Of a DNA stretch of 64,000 nucleotides, positions 62,866 through 64,000 are shown one piece after another. Both the position numbers and the translations under genes were made by a program. A model generated the notes under the pieces. The model searched no databases. It was given only the letters and a program-made list of their open reading frames with translations, and was not told the DNA's origin. Every line of letters begins with the position of its first letter. Within the stretch, counting starts at the first letter, position 1. This DNA is from Candidatus Micrarchaeota archaeon. Lineage in GTDB: Archaea > Micrarchaeota > Micrarchaeia > Micrarchaeales > Micrarchaeaceae. The DNA lies in contig JAKAUP010000007.1 in the NCBI GenBank assembly GCA_021817565.1, positions 152,497-216,496 of the forward strand. The letters are read 5' to 3'.

Positions 62866-64000
62866 TTAATCGAGCCTTTTCCCAAGAGAGAGCACGATGA
62901 CTGCAGCTAGGACGGATAAGCTTCCTGCGTAAGCGTAGGAATAGACAGGGCTGATTGTGTAAAGGATCCCCATAATCAGGTTTCCAAGGAATATGCCTAT
63001 GCTCCTGGATGCTGTAAGCGCGCCCATCCCCTTGCCTATGTCTGAAGACTTCACAACGGATATTATGCTCGGTTCCATGGTATCTATAACACCCACACCC
63101 ATGCCTATGAGTAATATGGAGACGTACATGGGCAGAATACCAAGGCCAAACAGGTAAGAGATCCCGAGAACAATAGTTGCGATTCCGGAAAGCAGATACC
63201 CAAGGATCCCGAGACCATAAACAGGCCTTATCCTTTTCCTTCCAATATAATACCCGAAGAGGGCGGATCCAAGCAGGAATATGAGGTAAGAGAGGTAGCC
63301 AAGCGCGTCCTTGCCAGAATATTCAGCCACAGTAAGTATGGGAAATCCAAGGCTGTAGAAGCTGAAGCCATAAAGGGAGGTAGCAATTATCACGCCAAAA
63401 AACGCGTTTTTTTCTATCCTTACCCTATTCATGCTCTTTCCCGCATTCCTTAGCTTCCCTGAAATCTTCTTTTTCTCCTTTACCAGCAGCAGAAGGATGG
63501 ACGAGAAAAGTATCGGTATCGCAGTAAGGAGTATTATGGAACGCAGGCCCAATCCAAAATACAAGAGCGCAAGAAGAATGGTTATGGACAATACCCCGCC
63601 ACCAACGTCCATCGCGTTCAGAAAACCATAAACAAGCGTGCGATTCTTATCGTTTACCTCATCATCTATGAGCGCACGCCTTGATGGAGACCTGAAGTTT
63701 CTGGAGAGCCAGCCTCCTGCAAAAAGGGCAGATGCCTCGTAGTAATTAGAGGCAAGGCCACTAAGCGAGAGGATCGGTATAAGGATATTCCCTATCAATG
63801 TTACCCTTTTTTTGCCGTACTTGCCGGAAAGCAGTCCACCAAAATACCCGAAGAGGGCTCCAAATCCGTAAGAAACAGCAACAACCAACCCGAAGACATA
63901 AACAGGGGCATGAAGGATAATTACGAGAAAGACTGGGAGTACGGCTATGACTGTCTGGTACCCTAAGTCGGCAAAGAAGGCCGAAAGAGAGATGAGCAAC
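62866..64000 (-). CDS. MFS transporter, 5' end probably beyond the right edge of the window
   Basis: At least 377 aa of TM helices with an MFS-like loop (GKYGKKRVTLIG). The frame is still open at position 64000, and the tracked TTG at 63999 is unlikely to be the real start. Confidence 0.7.
   Translation of the reverse strand, partial: LLISLSAFFADLGYQTVIAVLPVFLVIILHAPVYVFGLVVAVSYGFGALFGYFGGLLSGKYGKKRVTLIGNILIPILSLSGLASNYYEASALFAGGWLSRNFRSPSRRALIDDEVNDKNRTLVYGFLNAMDVGGGVLSITILLALLYFGLGLRSIILLTAIPILFSSILLLLVKEKKKISGKLRNAGKSMNRVRIEKNAFFGVIIATSLYGFSFYSLGFPILTVAEYSGKDALGYLSYLIFLLGSALFGYYIGRKRIRPVYGLGILGYLLSGIATIVLGISYLFGLGILPMYVSILLIGMGVGVIDTMEPSIISVVKSSDIGKGMGALTASRSIGIFLGNLIMGILYTISPVYSYAYAGSLSVLAAVIVLSLGKRLD

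Noticed and set aside
1-64000. Looked for CRISPR arrays, rRNA genes, transposases, integrases and IS-type inverted repeats
   Set aside because: I saw no regularly spaced 25-40-bp repeats, no rRNA-like sequence and no transposase- or integrase-like ORF. The only sizeable repeat is the 83-bp pair reported above. This was a visual scan only, so short or diverged repeats could have been missed.

Overview
This is a compact archaeal chromosomal segment. It is coding on both strands with short spacers. AT-rich TATA-like boxes sit about 20-30 nt upstream of many starts, there are GGTG-type ribosome-binding sites, and several stop/start pairs overlap as ATGA. All calls come from reading the ORF track and hand translation; no searches were run.

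The content is mostly housekeeping:
- Replication and repair: PolD DP1 plus DP2 (DP2 is missing from the ORF track because it runs off the left edge), PolX-PHP, NreA, a type IA topoisomerase, a Hef-like helicase coupled to Hjc, and DnaG.
- Transcription and chromatin: Rpo4/F, Rpo7/E', Spt4, Alba and a TBP-like protein.
- Translation and RNA: L21e, Pelota, fibrillarin, TrmI, Taw1, a GluRS-like protein, a translation-type GTPase, intron-containing tRNA-Phe, tRNA-Gly and tRNA-Leu.
- Energy: a complete A1Ao ATP synthase operon in the order K-E-C-F-A-B-D-H-I.
- Envelope: three class III signal peptide pilin-like genes, a glycosyltransferase cluster, and a PadR/ABC/surface-glycoprotein operon.
- Others: transporters, a GAF/PAS histidine kinase and small hypotheticals.

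Lineage is inference only: a small-genome archaeon, DPANN/Micrarchaeota-like or Thermoplasmata-related.

The items most worth a second look:
1. A stand-alone single-repeat (half-size) TBP homologue at 17172-17501.
2. An archaeal-type GluRS lacking its whole anticodon-binding region at 52233-53438.
3. An AT-rich ~1.2-kb insertion bounded by 83-bp direct repeats next to tRNA-Gly. It carries a DUF397-like gene and a frameshifted DUF6879-like gene.
4. A ribosomal-stalk P1-like protein with a duplicated N-terminal domain and no acidic tail.
5. A helicase-only Hef translationally coupled to Hjc.
6. An MFS phosphate-type transporter fused to a DUF47/PhoU-like domain.
7. An uncharacterised paralogue-membrane protein-paralogue trio at 58683-60672.

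I saw no CRISPR array, rRNA, transposase or integrase.
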